DNA of 64,000 bases from the human T2T-CHM13v2.0 reference genome, Homo sapiens, in assembly GCF_009914755.1 (NCBI RefSeq), contig NC_060931.1; one strand, written 5' to 3'. The notes below the pieces were generated by a model. That model worked only from the letters and a program-made list of their open reading frames with translations, did no database searches and was not told the origin of the DNA. The position numbers and the translations under genes were made by a program. Below are positions 12,346-23,090 of the stretch, in pieces (the first letter of the stretch is position 1; the number at the start of each line of letters is the position of its first letter).

Positions 12346-13089
12346 TGTGTCTGTGTGTGTGTTTGTAATAGAACAGCCTTAAAACTTGATTTGCTCATAT
12401 GTTCATTAGCCTTTCTGCAAGTCACAGAATAAAAGAAATATGATACTTCATTATAATGGATTTTATTCTGTGCATATATAAAACAAGATGATCGACATTT
12501 ACAATCTCAAAATATGCAAATACCACAAGCAATTATACTGCACAAGGAACGAGAGAAAATTTGATTCCCCTGCATTGTCACATATTGTATGAATATATAA
12601 TTTATATAGATTTATAACTTGCATACAAATATAATAAACTGCAGTTTATATTTCCCCACAGAACCCATGTTTTCCTATCCAATTACCTTGACTATGACAA
12701 CATTAGTGATTCGTGCCATGGGTACACTGAGGCTGGAGAGCTTGCATCCATATAGACAGAGAGCTCTTCTGTGGCCAACAAGAGCAGGCCCAGCTGCTCC
12801 CTTTCTCCTCCTGCCACTCGCTCCCCCTCATGCTCTGGAGCATGGTTTCTCTGACTTTCTCCAGGTCCTCCTGTGCCCATAACCTTTGCCCAGGCTGTTT
12901 CTTCTGCTTTGACAAGTCTTGCCATAGCACTTGGCTTAGCCAGTTCCCTGATCTCCTAAAAAAGTTGTGTCCTCTCCATCACATGTGCCCAAAGCCCTAC
13001 ACCTCTCCCTTGGAGCTCCCACCAAAGCTGGAGCTGCTGGATTACTTTGGTAATGATTAGATTACCATCTGCTTGCCCTTTTGACTGTC

Positions 13090-13200
13090 AGCCTCATCCT
13101 GGAAGGGACTATGTCTGGTGCACCACTGTATGCCCAGAGCCCAGCGCCATGCCTGGCACAGAGGCGGCTCAATAAACATCTGTTGAACAAATGAACAAGT
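13090..13200 (+). mobile_element. L2 3' end
   Basis: tgcctggcacagaggcggctcaataaacatctgttgaacaaatgaa. Confidence 0.75.
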
Positions 13201-14266
13201 GCATGAGTACTTGTACGTGAAGGTGTACATGTGTGAATGGATGACATGAAGCAAGCATTAGAGGCAAAAAAGTGAGTCTTTTGTTGTTGTTGTTGAAAGG
13301 CAGATAGGAGAAAAGCAAATAGGAGGAGAAGCAAGTGGGTGGAAAGGTAAAAAGGAAGATAGAGGGTGAAGGAGAAGAATGGAGCAGAGGAGAAGTTCTA
13401 GAATCTCCTTTGCCTCCTCCTATCTTCCAGAAAGGTACCACACCAGAGGGTGAAGCAGGAAGAGATGCATATGTCCCCAGGGGGACCAGGTAAACACAGT
13501 GTTGGGGTAATTTTAGTTCTCTTCATAACACCTGTAAAACATTCCCCCGCATCTCCGAGGAGCTTGAGTGCCAGTGAAGTGCTTGGTACTGTGTCACATT
13601 AATTCTACCACAATCTATCAAACCCTGTGTCCCTCTGTGAGGTGAAGGACCAGTGAAAACACTGGCAGTAACAGCAGGAGACAGAAATAGCTGATGAGCC
13701 TGCACAGCACACTGTGCCATCTCCCAACGCTCTGACCCCTTCTCCTAACACATCAGGTTCAGTTCACCTGAGGGATCAGGGGTTGCTTGGCACTGGCAGG
13801 CTGAGGCATCAGCTGGCAGGGCAGGGTGAGCAGCTCCTATCTGTTTCCAACATTGACAAACATCCACCCGCCCCACACATACCGCAAATCCACCTCTCCT
13901 GAGGTCATAGCCTCATCTTATGAAAACTAGAACCAGTCAGGGTCACAGCAGAAATCTTATAATCCGCTGTGAAAAGAAACAGCGATTTGCCAGTTCCCAT
14001 CGTGGCTGCCCCTCTGAAGAGCTGCTGCTGATGTGACTGTGATGTGATTTTCTGGTTCACAATACACAGCCTCTCTCAGTAATGCTGTAGGGTTGACATG
14101 GTGGATATCTGAACATTTAGAACTGAGTCTACAGGAAGCAAATTAGCCTTTTCTCAGTTGAAAAAGAAGAAAGGCCTAGGAGGAGTTTGTCAAAAAGTAA
14201 AATGACTTGGCTGTTAAGCATTAAGTAATATTTCAGAAGCAATTCTAAATAAAAATCAAAACTTAC

Positions 14267-14319
14267 TCTTAAAACTAGAGGATTCCTTGCGCTGGTTTTC
14301 TTCCTCTAATGAAATTAAT
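14267..14319 (-). CDS. ICA1: ICA1 coding exon (probably exon 10), 53 nt, phase 2-1, (Q)LISLEEENQRKESSSFK(T)
   Basis: Acceptor ttttattttaag|A, donor A|gtaagt. Phases join correctly to both neighbours (CA+A=Gln, A+CT=Thr). Confidence 0.96.
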
Positions 14320-15079
14320 CTTAAAATAAAAAAGAGGTTTAGTCATCAACTTCTACCAATGTTATATTTATGATACAGCCAGACTTTCAGTACAATATTA
14401 CTTCACTTTTAACACAAACACATACACCACACACACACGCACACGAAGAAGGGTCAACATATAGTCATTTACATGCCAATTTGCTGGCCTTCTTTCCCTT
14501 TCTGTAGCATCTTAATATCTGAATTTGCTTTCATCTCGAGGCAAATATTCTGTAAATATCTAGATGGGCAGTTAGATATAAATAAGATAGACGCATACAG
14601 TTATCACCTTAAAAATAGTAAAAATTGATAGTTAAAAAAACTGTAAAAATATCAATCAGAATCCATTTCTTCTGATTCCTAGTGTTATAGGAGAGGACAC
14701 CTCCAGAGGTTAGCTCGGCTACAGAGGCTGCAGGCAGGACCACTCATAAATCCAGGCTGACCATCTCCTACTCAACTCTCACCACTTCTTTAAACACAGA
14801 GACACATCACTGCCCTTGAGATTCACTTGGTGCCTCCGAGCCTTCCTCCTAGCACCGTGATGCACCTTTGTCTGCTATTTCTAAACAAAATTCACGTTCA
14901 GTGTTCACTGTCATTTTAAATAGTTACTGGGTTATACTTTGTGAGCTTTCAAAAATGAAGTACTGAAGTATTTGAGAAATCTGAATTAATTAAAACAAAT
15001 CAAGAAAATCCCAGGTAATCCACTTCCAAGTAAAGGTGAATGCTTTATTTTGATTGTATGAACTTATATGGTGAAAAGA

Positions 15080-15300
15080 AGGTGCAGGGACCCACTTCAG
15101 GTCTCACCTCTTACTACACAAGAGTAAGTGGGCAGCCCCTTAACCTTCCGGAACCTTCCTTCCATCTTTTACATGACAAGGAAAATCCCAGCCTTGACGT
15201 CACTGAAGGTTGTCATGAGATGGAATTAACATAAATAAAACACCTAGCATTGTATCTGGTTCATAGTAGGTGCTCACTAAAATGATAGCTAGCACTATTA
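15080..15300 (+). mobile_element. MIR
   Basis: gggcagccccttaaccttccggaaccttccttccatctttt...ggttgtcatgagatgga...tagtaggtgctcactaaa. Confidence 0.65.
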
Positions 15301-16377
15301 CCATCACCAGGAATGGGTTAAACTGGTTCACCATAAAATAGCCAGTTTTACTAGATTCAGATCACATTCTACAGTCTGTCCTTCAGTGAGAACTTGTCTT
15401 CATTCTGCATCAAAAAATTTATCTAGTACATATACTCTTTAAAATTTAAAAAGGCTAATATTGGCAGCAACTTTTCCTGTGGGACAAAAAATATATCTGA
15501 AAGTCGATTTAGAAATACAATAAAAGTATAAGCCTGTTTTACGATAAGACTGTCATCTAAATTTTTTTTGTGTGTGGAAAAGGAGTAGAGAATAGAAACG
15601 AGGCCATCCATTTTGTTTTCCTAGGTCGGCCAGTTCAAAGATTAACTGCATTCCTGCAAGCTATTATATCTCCATAGAAAATGATACAGATCCACATTTC
15701 AACCTCCTTCTCAATGTATGAGAAAGGGAACCATGCACCACATATGTTGAAAAGTTCATCTCAGTATTTAAAATGACAAGAGGCACCTTCTTTGTAAAGG
15801 GGCATGAAATGGAGATGGAGCAGTCATTTCCTGTACTTGAAGCTGTTCTCTGTTTCACAGAGAAGAAAACAGACATTCTGCATGGTAGAAAACACAGTGC
15901 CAAAATCCAACACTTTCATATGATGATGCCTTAGTATGCATGTATCCCAGGGCAATTTCATAGGTAAGCTCCCTCAGTGAGAGAAAAGCCAGGGGATTTC
16001 CTATCTAGAAGAGCATCTAGTGTTGACAAAGGACCAGATAGGGTCCAGAAACCAGAGAAAGTGCAAAGCTGGGGCTCAGGTCACAGGCAGAGAGCCAGGG
16101 AATGCTGGGGACATTTGCCCTGTCTTGTTCCAGTCAGCTCCTCACAAGTGTGCCCTTCTAAGTCCCCTGGAAACCGATCTCTTACTGGGATACGTGAGTC
16201 ATGACCTAGCAGGAGCATGTGTTAAAGGGGTTTGGCTGGGATGCTAATACATCTACTCTGAGAAGTGAGGAAGTAAGACAAGTCTGCGTCTGAGGCCCAG
16301 CCAGGTTCGGTCAGCGAGAACCACATAACTCTCACCTGTGGGAAGAAAGATGCAGAGGGAAGGAACCTGTGACTTAC

Positions 16378-16475
16378 TGGCTCGGCTCCTGCACGGCTGC
16401 ATCTGTACTTTCCTGCTGGTTGATTTTCTTCTTCTCTTCTTTCTCAACTAATTTTTTCATAGGGTCTTGTAAGCT
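16378..16475 (-). CDS. ICA1: ICA1 coding exon (probably exon 9), 98 nt, phase 0-2, SLQDPMKKLVEKEEKKKINQQESTDAAVQEPS(Q)
   Basis: Within ORF 16374..16730. Acceptor gatcaag|AGC after a long pyrimidine tract, donor CA|gtaagt. Confidence 0.96.
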
Positions 16476-18250
16476 CTTGATCACGAGCCATAGAAAAATG
16501 AAAAAGAAAAAAAAAGAAGAAGAAATAGAGACAAAAAAAAGAAAAGAAAGGTTATCAATTAAAAAATTCAACTGCCATTTGTCCCAGCAACCAAACTTTG
16601 AATTACAGGTATTGGGAGGTGACCTTGAACCAATCAGCTGGAAGAAATAAAATTTTATATGGTGAAGCAACAATGTTCTCAGACACATCCGAGAAATACT
16701 AGCATATATAGCAGAGCTGATTTGCCACAAGATTTATGTTTTCCATTTTGTGATAAGTTATTCAAACGTGGCCTTTTGGCTATTGCTAACTTTATTTTTC
16801 AACTTCAACATGTAGTTAAGATAAACATTCTGTTCTGTTCGCAGCCCACACACTGACAAAGTAGAAGTTCCTCCCACCTCCACCAGAGATGAGACGATTT
16901 CATTTTGTTTTAAATTTTGTTTGCTATTTTGCAATCTAAAACCCAGTTTTAAAAAATAACAGAAAACAAAACCTTTTCTTAAAAAACCAAAAATAGTGGC
17001 TTAACATATTCTGACAACCTAACTCCCACGAGTGGACAGAGCAGGTGCATCCAAATCTTTGTAGATTAAAATGGGTGAGAGTCTTCTTTTGGCACATCAT
17101 TTGTTGGAGTTACTATTTTCAAGGTTAACTAAATATTTAAGTTTTTTTTTTTTAAACAGCAAGTGCCTAGAAACTGTATACCAGTGACAATGATCCTGAA
17201 AGAAAAAGCAAAACATTTCTAGAACTGAATAATGATTTATACAAAAAGATCTCTATTTCTGGCCCTAATTAAAATACAAACCTATAAATACAAAATAAAC
17301 ATCTCAGGATACTTATCCTTCTTATATTCTCAGAACTACTAAAATCCAAGTCATGAGCCTGGGGCCTTCACCTTGTTTCTCCTGTCCTTCTCCTGCCTAT
17401 CGTTCACTTGTCTGACACACATAGGAGGCAATCAGGTTTCATGGCCAATTCTGATTGATTAGTACTGGCTGACTGGAGGGCCAGTGAAGATGGTTCTCAG
17501 GCTGTGTCTCGGCAGAGCAGACCTGTGATTGATTTTGGTGTCTGCCATGGACACCAGATGGATACTGGTGTCACACTTCCAAACTGCCAGCTCTGTTTCT
17601 CTCTCTGCACAGAGTAATTTTCCTAAAACACCCACGTCATCATGTTATCCTTCTTTTCAAGAATCTTATTTCTTGAGAAGGACCAGCGTATTTCTTTATT
17701 ATAAGAACTTCCTTATTTCTTTCCACTTCTAATATCAACCTCTCTGACCAATTTTGAAGATCTTCTAAAATGGGATCCTAGCCTAACTTTCCCATCTTGC
17801 TCCCTACCATCCCCCAAACATGAGCTTTCTTTCAATTAGGATGGTCTCCTCATAGTCTCCCATGTGCTAGTTTCTTCCTTCCTGTCTTTGTTCATTCTGC
17901 TTCTTTAACCTAAAATGCTCTATTTGTTTATCCTCATTAATCCTATGAGTGTTTTCAAAGTCTAGATCAATTACCAGCATTTTCTGCAAAGCTTCACTAA
18001 GCATGCCAAATTCAGGAAAGTCTTTCCATATCCAAACTGCACTTCAGTTTTATTAATATTTGATCATATTTATCCTGTATTATGTTTTGTCTCCGTAAAA
18101 TATTTTCTAAATCAGAAACATAATAGAACCACATGCAGCAAGTCTGATAAAAAAGTAAAAATTACTCATAATTCCATATCCTTAAAATGATGATGATTTT
18201 CATATATTTTCTGCTTTCTTCATACACTACTTGTATGAATGGAATCATTG

Positions 18251-18281
<31 letters not shown>

Positions 18282-18579
18282 ATAAAATATATAGAGAGAC
18301 AGTAGTCCTTTTAACCAATATAATTTGTGTAGATATTTCATAATTTAAAAAAGGCTTATTAGACTACAGAATATAAAAAAGACGTTATATACCTTAAGCA
18401 GTTAATATCAAAACTGAAATATAAAAATGTGCATTCCTTCACCAATATTCTAAAGTGGAACCCAGGTCTTCTCTGAGTATATGTCCCCTGACTGGAGTTC
18501 TGAAGCATTTTCTTGCATAAAGCACATCCGTAAGGCACTGACATCATTTTTAATGACTCCTATTTCTGGACATTTAGAT

Positions 18580-18990
18580 TAGTTCATTCAGTTAACAAAT
18601 AGTTTTTGAGCACTACCCAATGACAGGTGCTGTTGGGTGCTTTGGATACACCGGTGAACACGACAGACAAAATTATTAGCTAGCGATGGGTCTAGGCAGA
18701 TAATTAAAACCGAGGGATAGAAAGTGATTGGGTCATTACCCCAGTTAGCAGGATGTCCTCTTTTGGAAGTGACATTTCAACTAAGAGCTAAATGACAAGA
18801 AGGAGCCAGCCATGTGAAGCTCAGGGAGAAGAGAGTTCCGAGTCAATGGCTCAAAGGTAGGAATAGCTTGGTTTGTCTGAGGAACAAAAAGAATGCCACT
18901 GGAGCTGCCGTATAGTTGGCAAGAGTACAAGTCTTGAGACTGGGATAAAGAGGTCAGCAGGGGTCACATGGGGAGAACATTCCCGTACCC
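18580..18990 (-). mobile_element. L2 fragment
   Basis: ttcattcagttaacaaatagtttttgagcactac...gaaggagccagccatgtgaag. Confidence 0.7.
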
Positions 18991-19228
18991 ATATTCATCA
19001 ATATTTAACATTTTGCCCCATTTTGTTCCATCATCATCTTTTGCTCTGTCTCCCTAATGCATGACAACTAAATGCAATACACGATCCTTGGCTGCTGCAG
19101 CCTGCACTGGAGGGGAAAATGATACAAAGGGCAGTGTCAGGACAAATGAGACAACTGGAATATGGACTGCAGCCTGGATGTTCATGATTTTTTTATATAC
19201 CCCAAAGCTTCCAGTGAAAGTCAGGCAC

Positions 19229-19274
19229 GTGTGTGTGTGTGTGTGTGCGTGTGCGTGTGTGTGTGTGTGTGTGT
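19229..19274. repeat. (GT)n microsatellite, about 23 units with GC interruptions
   Basis: Read directly. Confidence 0.97.
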
Positions 19275-19367
19275 TTAGTATATGTGCAGCCAGGAGGAAG
19301 GAGTTCAATAGATGTCAAGGATGTACTCTTTTCAATCCATCTGCCAATTACAGCATTTTATTCATGT

Positions 19368-19398
<31 letters not shown>

Positions 19399-19417
19399 CA
19401 CACACACACACACACAC
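19368..19417. repeat. (AC)n microsatellite, about 25 units; (UG)n in the ICA1 pre-mRNA
   Basis: Read directly. Confidence 0.97.
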
Positions 19418-20196
19418 TCGCCTTTCAGTAGTTTTATTCCCCCACAAAATGGTCCAACTCTGGTCAAAGTGAAGCCAGGAATATTTTCAGCCAAGGTTCT
19501 GATGGCTCCCAAGACTCACTTTTAAATTTTGTAACACTGGTCCAGGCCTCCTGGTTTGCTCAATTATCTTCTCATTGTGTTTCCTTTTTATCAATCAACG
19601 CTAGGCAGGGCCAGGGCATGTCTGCTCTCAGCCGGCCCTGTCTAGCTGCCACAGCGCTTGCCTAAACCCCTGACATGCCCTTGACAGCTCCACGGTTATC
19701 ATCCTTTCTGTCTCCAGCCTGGCCTCCCCTCATAACCACACTTGAGCAGCTCTCAGACAATCCTTTTGTAATGTAAACCACTCACTCCTCCTTTTCAACC
19801 CCTTCCCCTGTTGGCCCATTAGCAGGGACTCAATTGTTGGCTCCCTGTCACCACAATCACAGTTAAGTCACTATTGTGCTTCTCCCAACGGAATGGCTGC
19901 AGTTCCAACTATTTAAAATTATTATTAATAATTCCTGTGGTAATTGCTCCTCTCTTCCTACTATTACTATTATCCCTAAAACAATTTGGCTGTTGCAGCT
20001 CAAGACAGGTGCTAAATATGTACTTGTTGATTGATAAATGGATGTACATAAGGTTACACTAAAAAAACTAGAGCTCCTTAGCTAGGAAATTCAAAGGCTC
20101 AGGGGAGTAATTTGAAAAGGTTTATAAAACCACAAGCAAAATTGATACTGAGCACATGGACTTGTTTATTAAATATTAGAATTTTGAGCCAAGGGG

Positions 20197-20197
<1 letters not shown>

Positions 20198-20234
<37 letters not shown>
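20198..20234. repeat. (AC)n microsatellite, about 18 units; (UG)n in the pre-mRNA
   Basis: Read directly. Confidence 0.97.
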
Positions 20235-20235
<1 letters not shown>

Positions 20236-20304
20236 GCTTAACTGAGCTATAATTCAAATACCATAGAATTCACCTAACTGTTCAATGGTTTGCAGTACAC
20301 AGTA

Positions 20305-21147
20305 AGTAGGTCCCTGAATAATGTCATTTTGTTATAATGTTGATGAGAAAAAAAAATGGATTTCCTGGCTCGGGGCCACTGTCAGGGTGGAGTTTGCACA
20401 TTCTGCCCATGTCTGAATGGGTTTTCTCCTGGCTCCACTCCAGTTTCCTCCCATATCCCAAAGCTACACAAGTCAGGTGAATGTGCGATTCTACATGGTC
20501 CCAGTGTGAATGACCGTGGGGGTGTGTGTCGGTGCGACCTGCTACGGGGTGGCATCCTGTCTAGGACTGGTTCCCATCCTGTGTCCTGAGCTGCTGGGAT
20601 AGGCTCCCACCATCCACCACCCTGAACTGGAATAAGCAGTTTGGAAAATGAACAAATGAATAAATAAAATTTATCATAAAAAATCCTTCAAGTATACAAT
20701 CATACAGAAGCATGACAATAAACGCTGTGACAGAAAAGCACCCGGTGAGCCCACGGTATTTGTGATTGTGATTGAACTGCCTGGTGGCAGGCGGTGTCTT
20801 AGAATTTTTGCTTCACCAACGCTTATTCCTTAATTTAACCTACTACTGTTCTGACTCCCTGTCACTCACTGATCCACCAAGAATTGGGTAAAGAATTACC
20901 TTACCTTTTTTTTTAAACTTTTCTAAATGTACATATAACTTAGATTTATTTCAGTGTTAAATATTAGAAGTGTTTTGGGTCTTTATTTAGAAGCTTGGTG
21001 ATGTTTTTGTGACCATAAATTGTTACATCGTAAGAACTTAACTCTTGATTGTATAATCAGCCTATGGTAAAATGGATTTCATTATACATTGTTTTGCTTA
21101 AAGTCACAGTTTCCCAAGAACAAACTGATGACAGTGAGGACATACTG
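20305..21147 (+). mobile_element. MER6 (TcMar-Tigger) DNA transposon, near full length, inserted in an old L1M fragment
   Basis: ggggccactgtcagggtggagtttgcacattctgcccatgtctg...ccagtttcctccca; end gtgaggacatactg; TA flanks; L1M sequence resumes on both sides. Confidence 0.85.
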
Positions 21148-22679
21148 TATTCACAGAGTGGGACGACCATCACCATAATCAATTTCAGGACATTTTCAAG
21201 GGACATCACCAAGACAGAATTTGTAGACCAAACGAAGCTAAATACTCTTTGATATAGCAAGGAAAAAAACAATAACACATATGGAACTTGTTTCTTACAA
21301 AAGATGGTATACATTGAAGATATAAAGGGGCTAAGGGGAACATTAAAAGATCATGGAGGAAAAAATCATAACCCCCTTTATCCCCCCAAATTAGTTCCTG
21401 GGTGTGACTGTCAGATACAGGATATTCTCTAGACTGCTCTCCCCGACGTTGGATCACAAACGCTCAACTCGGGGTAGAAGGTGCAGGTGAATTCCTCAAA
21501 TTATTTTGAAGTCCACGACTCCATTGAAGTGCTTAACCCTATAGAATGCATAGAAGTCAGGGGTGACAATATTTTCTGTGTGACAGGAACACCTGCTCAG
21601 GCAAAATGAATCTAAGAGGCCTCTCTGACTATGTATAGACGAGGCAGCCATCAGATGAACCATTATTTCCAATTACTAGCTGATGGGAGCCACATACGAA
21701 TCCACGTCCAGAAATGAAAACTCCAAAAACGTTCTGTTTCTAAAACCCAAACCCACTCAGTCTCTCATTAAAATTGCTCATGAAAATTGCTGTGTATTAG
21801 CAGCACACAGAGTCATACAAGACTGAAAGTTTCTTTGTGGAGGAAAGAATGTTTTTAGACTAAGTAACTTTTCTCTGTTAAGGCTGCACTAACATGCTAA
21901 TGATTTCCATCCATGCTTAAATGGTTTCAGGAAGCACACACACAGTAGTATGTAAGATCAGCGTGACAGAGGAAACTCGCAGATCGAGCTTGCAAAAGTG
22001 TCTTAGAAAGGAAACAGCTTAATATAATAATGGGAGTTACCACTTCCTGTATTAGGAAAATAAAAGCAACAGCAACATTCATCTGAATGAATGCAAAACT
22101 ACTTAGCAAAACAAATTTCACAGACACAAGGCCAGCAGCCAGTTCTAATAACCTAAATTTAATGTTTAACTTTGACAACTGAGTAGTATCTTCTCTAGCC
22201 TTTAATTACGACATCTAATTTTCTTATGCTACTTTCCATTAATTATATTGTATACATATGAAGGTGCCAAGTAATTGTCTATAAAAAAAATAAAAGTGTT
22301 CAAAATAGTGGGGCATGTTTAAAAAGTGCTGAATTCAGTTGGGTATGTGTATGTGTGTGTTTATACAATTAGAAGTACATGAAAATAAAAACAGAGGCCA
22401 CAGTGATGTGTACTGGCCACATAATTCATGGACATTTAGCACATACGTACTCTCTTGCTCTCACCGTGCACTTACAAATTTATAAAGACACTACATAAGA
22501 AACACTATTACTCTGTAACTAGAGGTAGCCTTGAATTGTACTGTATAAAAAAGTAAAATTAGAGAAAAATAATCACAATCATAAACAAGATAGGTAATAT
22601 TCTTCTTTAAAAATAAGATAGAAAATTGATAATGACAAGGCACCATACTGTCCTGGAAACAAATGGACTTTGGAGATGG

Positions 22680-23090
22680 ATCACATAGTGCTGTGGCATG
22701 GACATGGTCTCCACTCCTTGGAGGTCTTGGTTTACCCATGAGAACAATGGAGGTAATGACGAGTATTCGTCTTGTGATGCTGTGAGGATGAACTGAGAGG
22801 GTGCTTCTACACAGTACCAAGCTCATACCAAACACTCAAAACTTGCTTTCTTATCAATGACTTTTAAAGTTCTAAAGGGAATTAGATGTCTTAAGTGCTC
22901 CTCCTGTGGCAGGTACTGTGCTCTATGTTTTCTATATCTCACTTAATCCTCACAAAACCCAGTTAAACCTTGTATTCCTGCTTTCCTGACAGGAAAATGG
23001 AGACTTGGAGAGGTGAACTGACTTGCTTCAGGCCTTTCGGCTATTACCAGGTAGAAGCAATATTTGAATCCGGGTCTTAAAAATTCTACA
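22680..23090. mobile_element. Two adjacent MIR fragments in opposite orientations
   Basis: gctgtgaggatgaactgaga (+) and cacttaatcctcacaaaaccc...gaaaatggagacttggagaggtgaactgacttgc (-). Confidence 0.65.
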
